Positions 7,140-16,992 of a DNA stretch of 64,000 nucleotides are shown piece by piece. The notes beneath the pieces are model-generated. The model was given only the letters and a program-made list of their open reading frames with translations. It was not told where the DNA came from and made no database searches. This DNA is from a virus, in UHGV virus genome UHGV-0367612. One strand, given 5' to 3'. The position numbers and the translations under genes were made by a program. The stretch's first letter is position 1. Each line of letters starts with the position of its first letter.

Positions 7140-9761
7140 TTAATAATTCTTTGGGGCATCTTGATAAATTGTCCATGAGTAACATCCAGCCCCCATCATT
7201 AATGGCATAGTTCCTTCCCAACTGAATACTCCATCATCTATATCATTAACTACTACCTCATTCCTATACCCATACCTTGACTCATTAAATCTACCGTGGA
7301 TATACCACTGTAATCCATTATTTCCTCTTGAATCACAGAATTGAAGATACTTATCTCCAGCTATAGGAGGTACACATGGATTAAACCAATAACTACCTGA
7401 TGCTGACTTACCAGATTTCCAACACTGTACTGATAACTGCATGTGGAGGACATCTTCCTTTACGAATAGACCCATACCATTTCCCCAAGCATTCTTGTAA
7501 GCATTGTATGTATTACCCACCATGTATTGTAACCTACCCACAGTTCCTCCTGATTGTTCTGTTAAAATGTTATAAGTATCTAAGGCAAATCCACCTTTAC
7601 CTGTATTCATACTTACAGAACTGAAAAGAAGTTGGATTGGACTTGCGAATCCATTATCTACTAATACCCATTTCATGGCTCCTTTCCAATTCATAGCCTT
7701 AACTCTAATCCAATCCCCTACATATTTTAGATATGGTCTATGTGGACCGTTATCATTGCTACTCAAATCATATGAGGGGTCAACAATAGAATTAGGTAAA
7801 GCTATGTGGAATAATAACCTAGTCCAACCTTCTAAGTACTGTTCTCTCGCCCACAATGAGTTTGATATATTACCTATCAATTTAATCACTTTTTCATACC
7901 CATCCATATCTTCTGTGGGTGGGTCAAGTATTAAACAACTTCTATGGTTACCATATCTCTGATTACCATTATTTATATTACCTGACCAACCAAAGTTATT
8001 CCTTGCCGCATCATATAACGGCTGATAGTCCAGATAACTTATACCCACTGTATTACTGATACGAATCCATTGGGTATTACTACTGTAATCATGTATATTA
8101 TTACCATTTATTATCTCAGTTCCAGCCATCAACCCAGGTGTAACGTTTGCTGATGGAAGTCTTCCTTTCTCCCTAGCATGAATTCTCCAGAATGATTCTC
8201 CAGCTTTCTTTGATACCAATACCCAACCTCCAGTATATAACTCAACAGTGATAGTTTCATCCCCAGCTCTCAACCCAGTTACCACTATACCTTTTCCATC
8301 TAGACCCTCATTAACCCAGTTCTCACCAAAGCATAAGAATAATATCTGATTATGATCAGCTCGGTTATCTGAAGGAAGTTTGACAAAACCCACATTACCA
8401 GTTACCCCATTCCTTGTCATGTACTTCATATCTATTATCATAGCCTTGTACACTTCAGCTGCTGGAAACTCAGTGGGAGAAGTACTCGAGTTACTCAGGT
8501 TAAGAGTGGGCATGTAAATCTTGAAGTCGTTACTTTGATTCAGATCATCATACTTGGTTTGTAACTCATTTTGTAAAGCCACCAAGTTTGTCCAAATAGA
8601 TTTTGTCTTGGATACAGAAGTCATTGGAGGCTCTGTCTGACTCCCGTTGAGTTTATATCCCAACGTAGAGTAGATAATACTCAAATCCTGAGCTAATGGC
8701 CCATCTATGTAATCATGGATGGATTTCAAATCTGCATCAGTTTGTACCTCATATCTCTTTAGCTCGGTATCCAAACTTAACAGGTTTTCCCAAACAGTCT
8801 TGGCTATTGAAATCCAATTAACTCCCGCGGGGTTTTTATCTGGGTAACCTATACGATTCCATATTTTAGTATCTTCATCGTTGAGATACTTTTTAAGAGC
8901 TACAAAGTTCTCCCAAACAGTTTTTAGAGTATCGAGTACCGTTTCTCCCTCTGGTTGCTTCTCAGGAAATCCTAGCTTGTCCCAAAGCTTCTTTAATTGG
9001 GTATCTATAATGTATAAGTTATACCACATCGTGTATACCGCCCCAATGAAGTTGTAGGTGTTGGGTAACTCACCTGGGTTATTGGGGTCTTCTTTTCCTG
9101 TATAGTTTGGGATACCTAGCTTTGCTATAACGTTCAAATCTGCTCTATCCTTTTCTTTTAACCAGGTATCCAGGTATTTCAGTATCTTACCAAGCTCTTT
9201 AAATTTCCCTAATCCACCTCTAACTCCTGACGCTGTAACATCATCGGCTGAGAGTATATTTGTGGACTTCATATCTGCGGAACCAGGAACTGCACCCATT
9301 GAATAGGTTCTGGCAGCCCCTGTTCCAGAGATACGGATAGTCATCAATGGGGTGTCATACTGATTTAATGCAGAAAGATCATCTACATTCTCAGCTGCCC
9401 TTAATGTATATGTTATATCAAATCTTACAGGTACATCAGTACCAACATATGGCCTTTGATAATAAGCTACCAATATGTATAACCCCTCTTTTGTTTCACC
9501 TGGAACATTGACAGATATTGCTCCCTCCTCATGTACTAATGTCCCATACTTGTTCATATAAACACCAGTAGGATTGGACATACTCCAATCCTCTAATGTT
9601 TTTACTATCCCAGTCTTTTCATGTGAAATTGAAAATCCCGTACTCGTTTTTGCTATGGTATCAAACCCACAGTATATACCTGGGTTTATAACTCCCAGCA
9701 TGGCCTCTCTAAGTTCATAAGAAAGAACTAGGGCCCTATGATCGGTAAACGTCTTTGCCAT
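7140..9761 (-). CDS. tail fiber / baseplate-distal fiber protein with three internal ~38-aa repeats
   Basis: 873 aa. It is the last gene of the baseplate block. Repeats IW(D/N)(K/R)(L/I)G(F/Y)P(E/D)K(Q/N)P...TVWENLVAL occur three times (nt ~8570-9010). Gly/Asn-rich C-terminal half. Confidence 0.45.
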   Translation of the reverse strand: MAKTFTDHRALVLSYELREAMLGVINPGIYCGFDTIAKTSTGFSISHEKTGIVKTLEDWSMSNPTGVYMNKYGTLVHEEGAISVNVPGETKEGLYILVAYYQRPYVGTDVPVRFDITYTLRAAENVDDLSALNQYDTPLMTIRISGTGAARTYSMGAVPGSADMKSTNILSADDVTASGVRGGLGKFKELGKILKYLDTWLKEKDRADLNVIAKLGIPNYTGKEDPNNPGELPNTYNFIGAVYTMWYNLYIIDTQLKKLWDKLGFPEKQPEGETVLDTLKTVWENFVALKKYLNDEDTKIWNRIGYPDKNPAGVNWISIAKTVWENLLSLDTELKRYEVQTDADLKSIHDYIDGPLAQDLSIIYSTLGYKLNGSQTEPPMTSVSKTKSIWTNLVALQNELQTKYDDLNQSNDFKIYMPTLNLSNSSTSPTEFPAAEVYKAMIIDMKYMTRNGVTGNVGFVKLPSDNRADHNQILFLCFGENWVNEGLDGKGIVVTGLRAGDETITVELYTGGWVLVSKKAGESFWRIHAREKGRLPSANVTPGLMAGTEIINGNNIHDYSSNTQWIRISNTVGISYLDYQPLYDAARNNFGWSGNINNGNQRYGNHRSCLILDPPTEDMDGYEKVIKLIGNISNSLWAREQYLEGWTRLLFHIALPNSIVDPSYDLSSNDNGPHRPYLKYVGDWIRVKAMNWKGAMKWVLVDNGFASPIQLLFSSVSMNTGKGGFALDTYNILTEQSGGTVGRLQYMVGNTYNAYKNAWGNGMGLFVKEDVLHMQLSVQCWKSGKSASGSYWFNPCVPPIAGDKYLQFCDSRGNNGLQWYIHGRFNESRYGYRNEVVVNDIDDGVFSWEGTMPLMMGAGCYSWTIYQDAPKNY

Positions 9762-9763
9762 AA

Positions 9764-10588
9764 TTATAAGTTTCTTGTATCAGGGAATTTATGTAATACA
9801 GTAATGTAATTCGTTTCTCTTGTTTTGATATATCTTCTCAACCTTGTTACCAATCCTCTTGGCAGGGTAAACGTTATATCTAGCTTCACATTTACTGGAG
9901 TAAGGTAATCTTCAATGACAGTTGCTAGGTTCTCACGAAACTCTTCCGAATACTCCGTATAATTATTCCCAGGTACTACAGTTATATTTATTTGCTCAAT
10001 AGCGCAATCAGTACAACCGTTCCTATACGTGGAGTTATAATCATACCTCAATCCTTCATTTCCCAAGTTCTCGTAAACTGTGTCATACCTTAACCCAATG
10101 TCATATCTGGATGTGGCTTTCCTGTAAGACTTATGGTCTTCAGGTTTCACTCTTAATCCAAATAAACCAAGGAACATGTTTAAGGCATTGATTGAACCCC
10201 TTGCTCTATGTATATGTACTGCATAAGCCAGGTAATCCTTGTATTGTTCATAGGTTTGAAAGGTTTCATACCTTACATCTCCCCATAGCCAAGCTATGTA
10301 ACGAAGTAATCCCAGGTGATCTACATCTGGGATTAAGTCAATGTTTTGTGGGTCGTTGAGATATTTTAACCCCTCAATCTTTGGGATTAATTTCTCATCA
10401 AACTCATTCATGAAAGCTTCTGTAAACCTCTCTAAAGGTCCCGCATCTTTCATGTTCTCAGCTACTTCTTTATTCTTTATTACTGGTGGATAGTTAGGAT
10501 CATTTTGATCGTTTTGTTTGAACCCACTCGGTAAATTCTCCATAAACCAATTCAGCTTGTGGAGGATGTTATCCCTAGATAGTTTCAT
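9764..10588 (-). CDS. baseplate protein (P2 gpI / Mu gp48-like position)
   Basis: 274 aa, immediately downstream of the gpJ-like gene with overlapping start and stop. Called by synteny only. Confidence 0.35.
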   Translation of the reverse strand: MKLSRDNILHKLNWFMENLPSGFKQNDQNDPNYPPVIKNKEVAENMKDAGPLERFTEAFMNEFDEKLIPKIEGLKYLNDPQNIDLIPDVDHLGLLRYIAWLWGDVRYETFQTYEQYKDYLAYAVHIHRARGSINALNMFLGLFGLRVKPEDHKSYRKATSRYDIGLRYDTVYENLGNEGLRYDYNSTYRNGCTDCAIEQINITVVPGNNYTEYSEEFRENLATVIEDYLTPVNVKLDITFTLPRGLVTRLRRYIKTRETNYITVLHKFPDTRNL

Positions 10589-12374
10589 TAGCGTATTCGT
10601 TTATGGTTAAACTGATATTTTCAACCTTAAGAACAGGAACTGAATTATCTGATACTGGGATATCTACATTGTTAGTGTAGGTTTGGAACTCCCATGAATC
10701 TCCCTCTTGTATACCGGGGTTATTCAATAACAACTTGAATACAAATACATCATACTCAAGTGTTACGTATCCATCAGCTCCGGGTGTTACAGATACATTC
10801 TCAAACACTTTCACTTGAGCCCCATTCTTTGTGATTATAATATCCATGTTTGCTCTGTTGTTCTTAATCAATGAAATGATTAAAGCCCAATAGGCATTCT
10901 CAGTGGGTACATATTTGTTGTTCTCTTTCTTGAAGTCAATATAGCCAGGGAAAGTGATTTGAGCTGCATTGGGATTCTCAGTAGTGATTGCCTTTCTCCC
11001 ATAGGGTATGAGGTATAGCTCATCCAATGTCAAGTGATCTACAGCATCAAGGTTATCTACCAGGGCAATTATGTCTGAAGTGTAGATCGGTCTGTTGATG
11101 TCGGAATTGTTGTAACTATATTCATTTACCAGAGCAGTCTCAACCAATAGTTGTATATCCTGAGCTCTCTTACCATATTTTCCCCATACTGTTAAACCTA
11201 CATAGATTTGGGTTTCACCAGCGGGGAAAGCTTGTACAGGTACTCCTAATACCTTTCTCATATCTACGTAGGCTTCTAGCTCTCTCAATAAAAGCTCATT
11301 AGCTTCGCCTCCTTTGTCAGGTGTGATATAGTATGAGATCCCTGTTTCACAAGTAAAGTCAGCCCCTACTTTATCAACACCTGGACAAAGTTTAGCGATA
11401 TCAATAAAATCCTTGAAAGTTACTGCTCTGTCTAATGTCCTTAAAGAACAACCCAAATGTTCTCTCATATCTTCAATGGTTTCTCTATCTGAACCCCCGG
11501 TTGCAGCATTTGGGTTTGTTATAGCAAGAGTATAATCTGCCAAAGCTCCTGCGGGTTCTACAGTTGGAGTTCCCTTAAAGTCTGTGATAGTACCTGAATC
11601 AAGGTTACCATTTACTCCTTGTGTGATGTTGTATGATAACTTAGCTTCAGCTCCTGCTCTTGGTATAGCCCCTCTAATACCATCCCCAAATTTAGCAACG
11701 AATAATCCTTCACTCACATATTCTACTACAAAGACCTGATCATAAGGGCTTGAGAATCCCAGAGTCTCTACCAAATCCCATTGTTCTCCATCAATGTATA
11801 TTGTACCAGAACCGTCTGCATAGTTTGAGGGTAATGATACTGTTGGATTCTTTCCTTCTGGAATTAAACCAAGGCTAGTATATTCATCTGGATTAGTGGC
11901 ACTCTTCACTGATTGTTCAAGGTCAAGCACTATTAAGTTTGAACCTTTTCTCATCACTACATCACCCATCTGTCTGAACGGTACTCCATTAGAACCTAAT
12001 AGGATATTATCTCCTTTGAATATTATATCCTGAATTGCCTCTGCTGGGTTACCATCTTGGTCTAAGAGTTGTACTGTTACCCGTGCAGTTGAAGGTATCT
12101 TTGCCTTGATCCTGTAATCAATTAACCTTGATAACTGAATCATGGATGAGATGTGTTGAGCTGTGTAAACGTATAGCTCTCGTGCTGATACATCTACATA
12201 GTAATTCAACAACTCAGTCAGAGCAGCCATATAATCTAGGATAATCATAAAGATATTGCTCTGACTATAGTCTGTCATTTCTGGCAGTAATGTTTTTACC
12301 CTATTTACTAGGGCCGTTTTAATGGTTCTGTATCCCCTATCAAGATACCCAACCCATGGATTCTCTAATTTCAT
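10575..12374 (-). CDS. baseplate wedge protein (P2 gpJ / T4 gp6-like)
   Basis: 599 aa following the gpW-like gene. Size and order match baseplate J family proteins. Confidence 0.45.
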   Translation of the reverse strand: MKLENPWVGYLDRGYRTIKTALVNRVKTLLPEMTDYSQSNIFMIILDYMAALTELLNYYVDVSARELYVYTAQHISSMIQLSRLIDYRIKAKIPSTARVTVQLLDQDGNPAEAIQDIIFKGDNILLGSNGVPFRQMGDVVMRKGSNLIVLDLEQSVKSATNPDEYTSLGLIPEGKNPTVSLPSNYADGSGTIYIDGEQWDLVETLGFSSPYDQVFVVEYVSEGLFVAKFGDGIRGAIPRAGAEAKLSYNITQGVNGNLDSGTITDFKGTPTVEPAGALADYTLAITNPNAATGGSDRETIEDMREHLGCSLRTLDRAVTFKDFIDIAKLCPGVDKVGADFTCETGISYYITPDKGGEANELLLRELEAYVDMRKVLGVPVQAFPAGETQIYVGLTVWGKYGKRAQDIQLLVETALVNEYSYNNSDINRPIYTSDIIALVDNLDAVDHLTLDELYLIPYGRKAITTENPNAAQITFPGYIDFKKENNKYVPTENAYWALIISLIKNNRANMDIIITKNGAQVKVFENVSVTPGADGYVTLEYDVFVFKLLLNNPGIQEGDSWEFQTYTNNVDIPVSDNSVPVLKVENISLTINEYANETI

Positions 12375-12733
12375 AATGTATTTTGATTTAATGGTGTTAC
12401 AAAACTTATGTTGATGTTGATAGTCCCATCCTGTCTCCTACTATACTCAACCACATCTACTTCACATCTATTCTCCAACTGAACTACCTTATCTATGACT
12501 GTCTTTTTAATAAGAGCCTCTAACACTAAATCATCTGGCTCTTTTAAAGTCTGGTATAATCCAGTACCGAAACCAGGTTGGTAGGGTCTTTTATTTAAGG
12601 GAAACATCAATATATTATTTATTGAACTTCTCAGTACCTGGTTTGTACTCTTCAGTTGAGGTCTTACCTCACCAGAGCTATTCTCTGTGAATGTTATTGG
12701 GAAACAGAGTCCCACTATATTTCTCGTTGACAT
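12371..12733 (-). CDS. baseplate protein (P2 gpW / T4 gp25-like)
   Basis: 120 aa between the spike and the J-like gene. Size and position are typical of the GPW/gp25 family. Confidence 0.45.
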   Translation of the reverse strand: MSTRNIVGLCFPITFTENSSGEVRPQLKSTNQVLRSSINNILMFPLNKRPYQPGFGTGLYQTLKEPDDLVLEALIKKTVIDKVVQLENRCEVDVVEYSRRQDGTININISFVTPLNQNTL

Positions 12734-12735
12734 AC

Positions 12736-13584
12736 CTATTTATGTTTAGGGTGAGTTACTGTCGGGTCATTATATTCACTTTCAGAAAATTCTGATATGG
12801 TACCTGTATAGGGTACTGTTGGTGCTGATGGTGATCCCATACCAGCTGTTGGATGAGTATGTAACTTGTAGTCATTGATAAGAGAAATTAACTCCTGTTG
12901 TAACTTGTTCAACCTCTCAGTTAAAGCCTCAATAGCTACTGCATCTCCACCTCCACCATTCAGAATTATATTTCCCTCTCCATTCATCTCTATGGTAGAA
13001 GATGTACCATCTTTCTCCACTTCAATTTTAAGAGTGGGTTCATCAAGGTTTATGTTTAAAGAAGTATTGGTCTTTTTGTCTTCATCCTTGAACTCAAAAT
13101 CAAGGTTCCCATTTAGCTCATCTAGTTTAAATGAATTACCTTTTGGAGTGGTTATTTCAATATAACTATTTTCTTCGCTAGTATTTGATTTGGGCTGTTC
13201 ATTTATTAATAATTCATACCCCATTGGAGTACGAAATCTATAAACTCTTTTTTGAAATTTTATTATCTCTTTCCCCTCTTCATCTTTCTCTGGAACATAA
13301 GGCCCAAAACTCCATACTGGCATGTGGAAATCTCCATTGATAAACTCAATCAAAACAGTATCACCAACATTGGGTACTATGAAAGACCCATAGTTCTCTC
13401 CCATCCATTGACCCTTTGGTAAAGCTTGAGCTCTGAGAACTCCCTTACTAATTGTAGGTACTGAAACAGAAATACGACCCCTACCAGAAGGATCGTTATT
13501 TCTAAATACTATTCCGGAATAAGTACCATAATATTTACCGTACCTCTCTAACCCGGTATTTAATATCTCATTTAATATACTCAT
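12736..13584 (-). CDS. baseplate central spike (P2 gpV / Mu gp45-like, OB-fold N-domain)
   Basis: N-terminus YSGIVFRNNDPSGRGRISVSVP...ALPKGQWMG...GSFIVPNVGDTVLIEFINGDFHMPVW matches the gpV/gp5 OB-fold signature (G.V...DP..GR.RV..P......WA.P......G..P.VGD.V.V.F..GD...P). C-terminal HTHPTAG resembles an HxH metal apex. Confidence 0.6.
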   Translation of the reverse strand: MSILNEILNTGLERYGKYYGTYSGIVFRNNDPSGRGRISVSVPTISKGVLRAQALPKGQWMGENYGSFIVPNVGDTVLIEFINGDFHMPVWSFGPYVPEKDEEGKEIIKFQKRVYRFRTPMGYELLINEQPKSNTSEENSYIEITTPKGNSFKLDELNGNLDFEFKDEDKKTNTSLNINLDEPTLKIEVEKDGTSSTIEMNGEGNIILNGGGGDAVAIEALTERLNKLQQELISLINDYKLHTHPTAGMGSPSAPTVPYTGTISEFSESEYNDPTVTHPKHK

Positions 13585-13585
13585 A

Positions 13586-15706
13586 TCATTCGTCTATTCC
13601 AGCTTGTTTAACATACTCATTTTGGAACTCTGGTGAGTTTGGTGTCATGTAGTTATCACCAGTCTCACTTACCCATACTGTATCGTCAGTGGGTGTATCA
13701 TTAGGACCCATTTGAGTTTGGCTTGCATCTTTAGACCAGTTCCTGGGGTTAGAAGGACCAATATAAATTTGTCGGTTATTAACACCGAATAATTGTTGGT
13801 CAAAGAACCTTCTTCTAAGGTCTTCTGGTTTATATGATGTATACTCCCTAACCTGATTCAACATGGTTGCAGTTGTTTCTTCAGCCTGTCTACATAACTC
13901 CATGGTAGTTTTATACCCACCTGACTCAGTTATAGAGTGTCTCACCGATTTTATGTAGTAATCACCACTATCTCCACCTAATCCGGTTAATCTTACTACC
14001 ATACCATCCATGATGGAAGGCTCTCCCTCAATGGTACAAGTAGCAGTAACACCTGCCATGGCTGAAGCTCCTAACTTATTGGCCGCTTCCCATATTGCAT
14101 CATTGTTTTCTTGAGTTTGGATATAACGTATAACACCTGAGAATTTTCTTACTCTACCAGTTTTATCATCTATGGGATCATAAGTATAGAACTTCTCATG
14201 TTTTACCTTCACTATCTCAGATTGTGGTAACCTAGCATTTGAACCTGCATTACCATGACTTGCCCCGTAACTCATTTGTTCCAATACCTTCATAAAAGAA
14301 GATTTGGTTTTATCAGAATCAACTACTGCTGTGTTGGTATCTGATTGACTGTCACCCAAGTAATACTGATACAATTTTTCTATTCCTGCATACTGATGTA
14401 ATTCCTTGGCAGTTGCATAGGCCTCATTAAATTTGTCGTAATCCTCTTTTGAAATTTCTAACCCGTCAAGAGTATATTTCAGGTTTTGTTTTAATAACAA
14501 ACCTTGACGAGTGTTTATAACCATACCTTCTTTAATAAGGTCTGGAGTATTCTTTGTCGTGTCTCCTCCAAATACATCGTTAGTCAAACCATATATAGAA
14601 TCAGTTTGTACGTAAACAGAAGATTTATTCTGGATTACTTTTGGGTTATTGTTTATAACTCTATCCCAAATCTCCTCCATTGTTTTCAGGGCAGTGTTAT
14701 ATTGTACTACCCTACTAATATTCCTTAGTGTAGAATCTTGTGATGATACCTCCTCTTTATCCTTAGATAACTCGTCACCATCATATTTAATGGTACAACT
14801 AAGGATTGTGTTATCATCATTGTAAAAATTAAATTGTCTTTTCGCTGACCCAAAAATTCCCCTATCATGAATCATGAATAGGTTACCTCTTCTAGTAACA
14901 TACCAAGGACCCTCTGGCATGTAAGATAATATCTTGTTTATTGTTGCCATTACCTTCTTAGCAGTGACATCAATAATCCTGGGTGTAAGTAAGAACTCTT
15001 TCAGTTCATCTGGTAAGTTTATATCTGAGGCCTGTGGTTTGAAACCCTGTTGAGCTTCTTCCAATATAGATGTATCTTTGAATGGCCCTATGTATGGTTG
15101 GGCATCATTTCCCAGTGAAGGCAATAGATACTTAATTACGTTATATGAGTTCCATGAGAATGTAGGAGGGATATACCCATTACCAGCTTTCACCCTACTA
15201 TACCTGTATCCAACTTTACCTCTACATGTAATCACTAACTCAAGGCTATCACCCATTAATCCGATAATAAATTCTAGTGGAGATTGAGAAATTGTCTTAC
15301 TCTCATTCTCCTCTTGAGAACCGCTTTCATCTGGTATTTCTATGTCTACTGGAGAATCATCATCCACTGAAAGTGAGTCAAGTGGGGAAGATAGTGATGT
15401 TAATGATATAGTGGTAGATAAACCTTTCTCAGTATATTTTCTCTCTACATCCTTAATAACATAAGGTATAACATCTGACATAGTCCCATCTGTATATCCA
15501 AATGACATACTCACTAATCCCTCATATACAAACCCCCATGAGTGCATCAATTGAACATTCCTGGATTCAAAAGTGAGTTCTATGTCATCTTTACCATCAT
15601 CCTTCCATTTACAGTCAAATTGGGTCAGACGAATATCTGACCCATCGGGACATATCTCCATACCAGTTGGAGTAGTTAATATGACAGTTGGTATCCTAGT
15701 TCCCAT
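13586..15706 (-). CDS. tail/baseplate hub protein (P2 gpD / Mu gpP-like, extended)
   Basis: 706 aa. It lies between the gpX-like LysM protein and the spike, as in P2 and Mu. Confidence 0.4.
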   Translation of the reverse strand: MGTRIPTVILTTPTGMEICPDGSDIRLTQFDCKWKDDGKDDIELTFESRNVQLMHSWGFVYEGLVSMSFGYTDGTMSDVIPYVIKDVERKYTEKGLSTTISLTSLSSPLDSLSVDDDSPVDIEIPDESGSQEENESKTISQSPLEFIIGLMGDSLELVITCRGKVGYRYSRVKAGNGYIPPTFSWNSYNVIKYLLPSLGNDAQPYIGPFKDTSILEEAQQGFKPQASDINLPDELKEFLLTPRIIDVTAKKVMATINKILSYMPEGPWYVTRRGNLFMIHDRGIFGSAKRQFNFYNDDNTILSCTIKYDGDELSKDKEEVSSQDSTLRNISRVVQYNTALKTMEEIWDRVINNNPKVIQNKSSVYVQTDSIYGLTNDVFGGDTTKNTPDLIKEGMVINTRQGLLLKQNLKYTLDGLEISKEDYDKFNEAYATAKELHQYAGIEKLYQYYLGDSQSDTNTAVVDSDKTKSSFMKVLEQMSYGASHGNAGSNARLPQSEIVKVKHEKFYTYDPIDDKTGRVRKFSGVIRYIQTQENNDAIWEAANKLGASAMAGVTATCTIEGEPSIMDGMVVRLTGLGGDSGDYYIKSVRHSITESGGYKTTMELCRQAEETTATMLNQVREYTSYKPEDLRRRFFDQQLFGVNNRQIYIGPSNPRNWSKDASQTQMGPNDTPTDDTVWVSETGDNYMTPNSPEFQNEYVKQAGIDE

Positions 15707-15998
15707 AATTCATAGTTTGTAGATCATCCTTATTCGGAAATACTAACTCTATCCCTACTGGTAATTCCAGTGGGTTGATGAATTTATCTCTATTGTAAGC
15801 AGCAACTATGAACCAAAGATTATGGTTACCATAGTACTTTAAAGATATATCTTTCAATGATTCACCATCTATTACTGTGTGGTATATGGGGTCTACCATA
15901 TCATATACTGGTAAGAAAGAGATTAGCGCATCTCTCTCATTAGTACTGGCATCCCTGTATACTCTGGCTACATCGTATAAGTGTGTGTTCAGGTTCAT
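15696..15998 (-). CDS. LysM-domain tail protein (P2 gpX-like)
   Basis: 100 aa. HTVIDGESLKDISLKYYGNHNLWFIVAAYNRDKFINPLELPVGIELVFP fits the LysM consensus (Y.V..GDTL..IA..Y......I...N.......I..GQ.L.IP). Confidence 0.55.
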   Translation of the reverse strand: MNLNTHLYDVARVYRDASTNERDALISFLPVYDMVDPIYHTVIDGESLKDISLKYYGNHNLWFIVAAYNRDKFINPLELPVGIELVFPNKDDLQTMNYGN

Positions 15999-16981
15999 CT
16001 CTGTGTTGTGTTAATTACTTTGTATTGGATGTCATTCCAAGTAGGATTTAGTTTAGATACCTTTTGCAAAGTAATAGTTTGTACAATATGTAAAGGAACT
16101 ATCTTACTCTCCCCTGCAACTCCCGTGAATTGTTTAATGACATAAGGTGCTGAGGTTATTACGTAATCTACATCCTCTACTCCAAGAACTCCAATCAGAT
16201 TAATTACTGGAGGTTGTTTCTTATACCCATCAGCTTTGGAATAAGACTCTATCTTCTTACATAGAGAGAATACCCCAGTGTAATCTCCTTTAGTAGAATA
16301 CCAATCTATATCAAATGATAAAGTATCTTTACCACCCAAGTATTGGAGTGGGGGAGAGTTTCTTCCAAAGGCATTTATATTTACCCAAGTAGATTCAGGT
16401 TTGAAATCCATCCCAGTTGGAATGAAAGGAAGTTCTATCTTATCGAAAGAATCTCCCTTATCCAAATTATAAAATGCAAGGATATATAATTTCCTACCTG
16501 TTACTGCAAGCTGTTTATTCTGCTCATCTAGTGCTGTTTTAATGGTTGAAGCAGCATCTATATAAAACGTCATACCAGCTTTATTATACCCCTCATGGGC
16601 TTGCTCATAATTCCCATTATTGATTAGAGAAATTACTTTACTCTTATCTGTAGTAGGACCAATCTCTAATGGAGTTTTAGTATTTATTCGTTGGTCTCGG
16701 TTTCTGATAGCTGTGGCAGATGATTCTGGGATACCCCCAGCTTTAGGTCTTAACTCTGACCTTCTGTATGGGAAACCAGTTTTTACGTAAGCATATCCCA
16801 AATCTTTTGTAGAACTATCCAAATCACCAACCAGGGTTTGAGTACCGAAAGAAAGTCCAAGTTGACCTAGTACTCTCCCAGCTACTCCACCAGGCATTTG
16901 TACTGATTTTAATAGATAAGACCTTGCTACATCTATTGTCTTTACAGCCGTTGGTCTAAATTCAAATCTCAATTTTGCCAT
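15995..16981 (-). CDS. tail protein downstream of tape measure (Mu gpN / P2 gpU position)
   Basis: 328 aa, translationally coupled to the tape measure. Called by synteny only. Confidence 0.3.
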   Translation of the reverse strand: MAKLRFEFRPTAVKTIDVARSYLLKSVQMPGGVAGRVLGQLGLSFGTQTLVGDLDSSTKDLGYAYVKTGFPYRRSELRPKAGGIPESSATAIRNRDQRINTKTPLEIGPTTDKSKVISLINNGNYEQAHEGYNKAGMTFYIDAASTIKTALDEQNKQLAVTGRKLYILAFYNLDKGDSFDKIELPFIPTGMDFKPESTWVNINAFGRNSPPLQYLGGKDTLSFDIDWYSTKGDYTGVFSLCKKIESYSKADGYKKQPPVINLIGVLGVEDVDYVITSAPYVIKQFTGVAGESKIVPLHIVQTITLQKVSKLNPTWNDIQYKVINTTQR

Positions 16982-16992
16982 AGCCTTACCTC

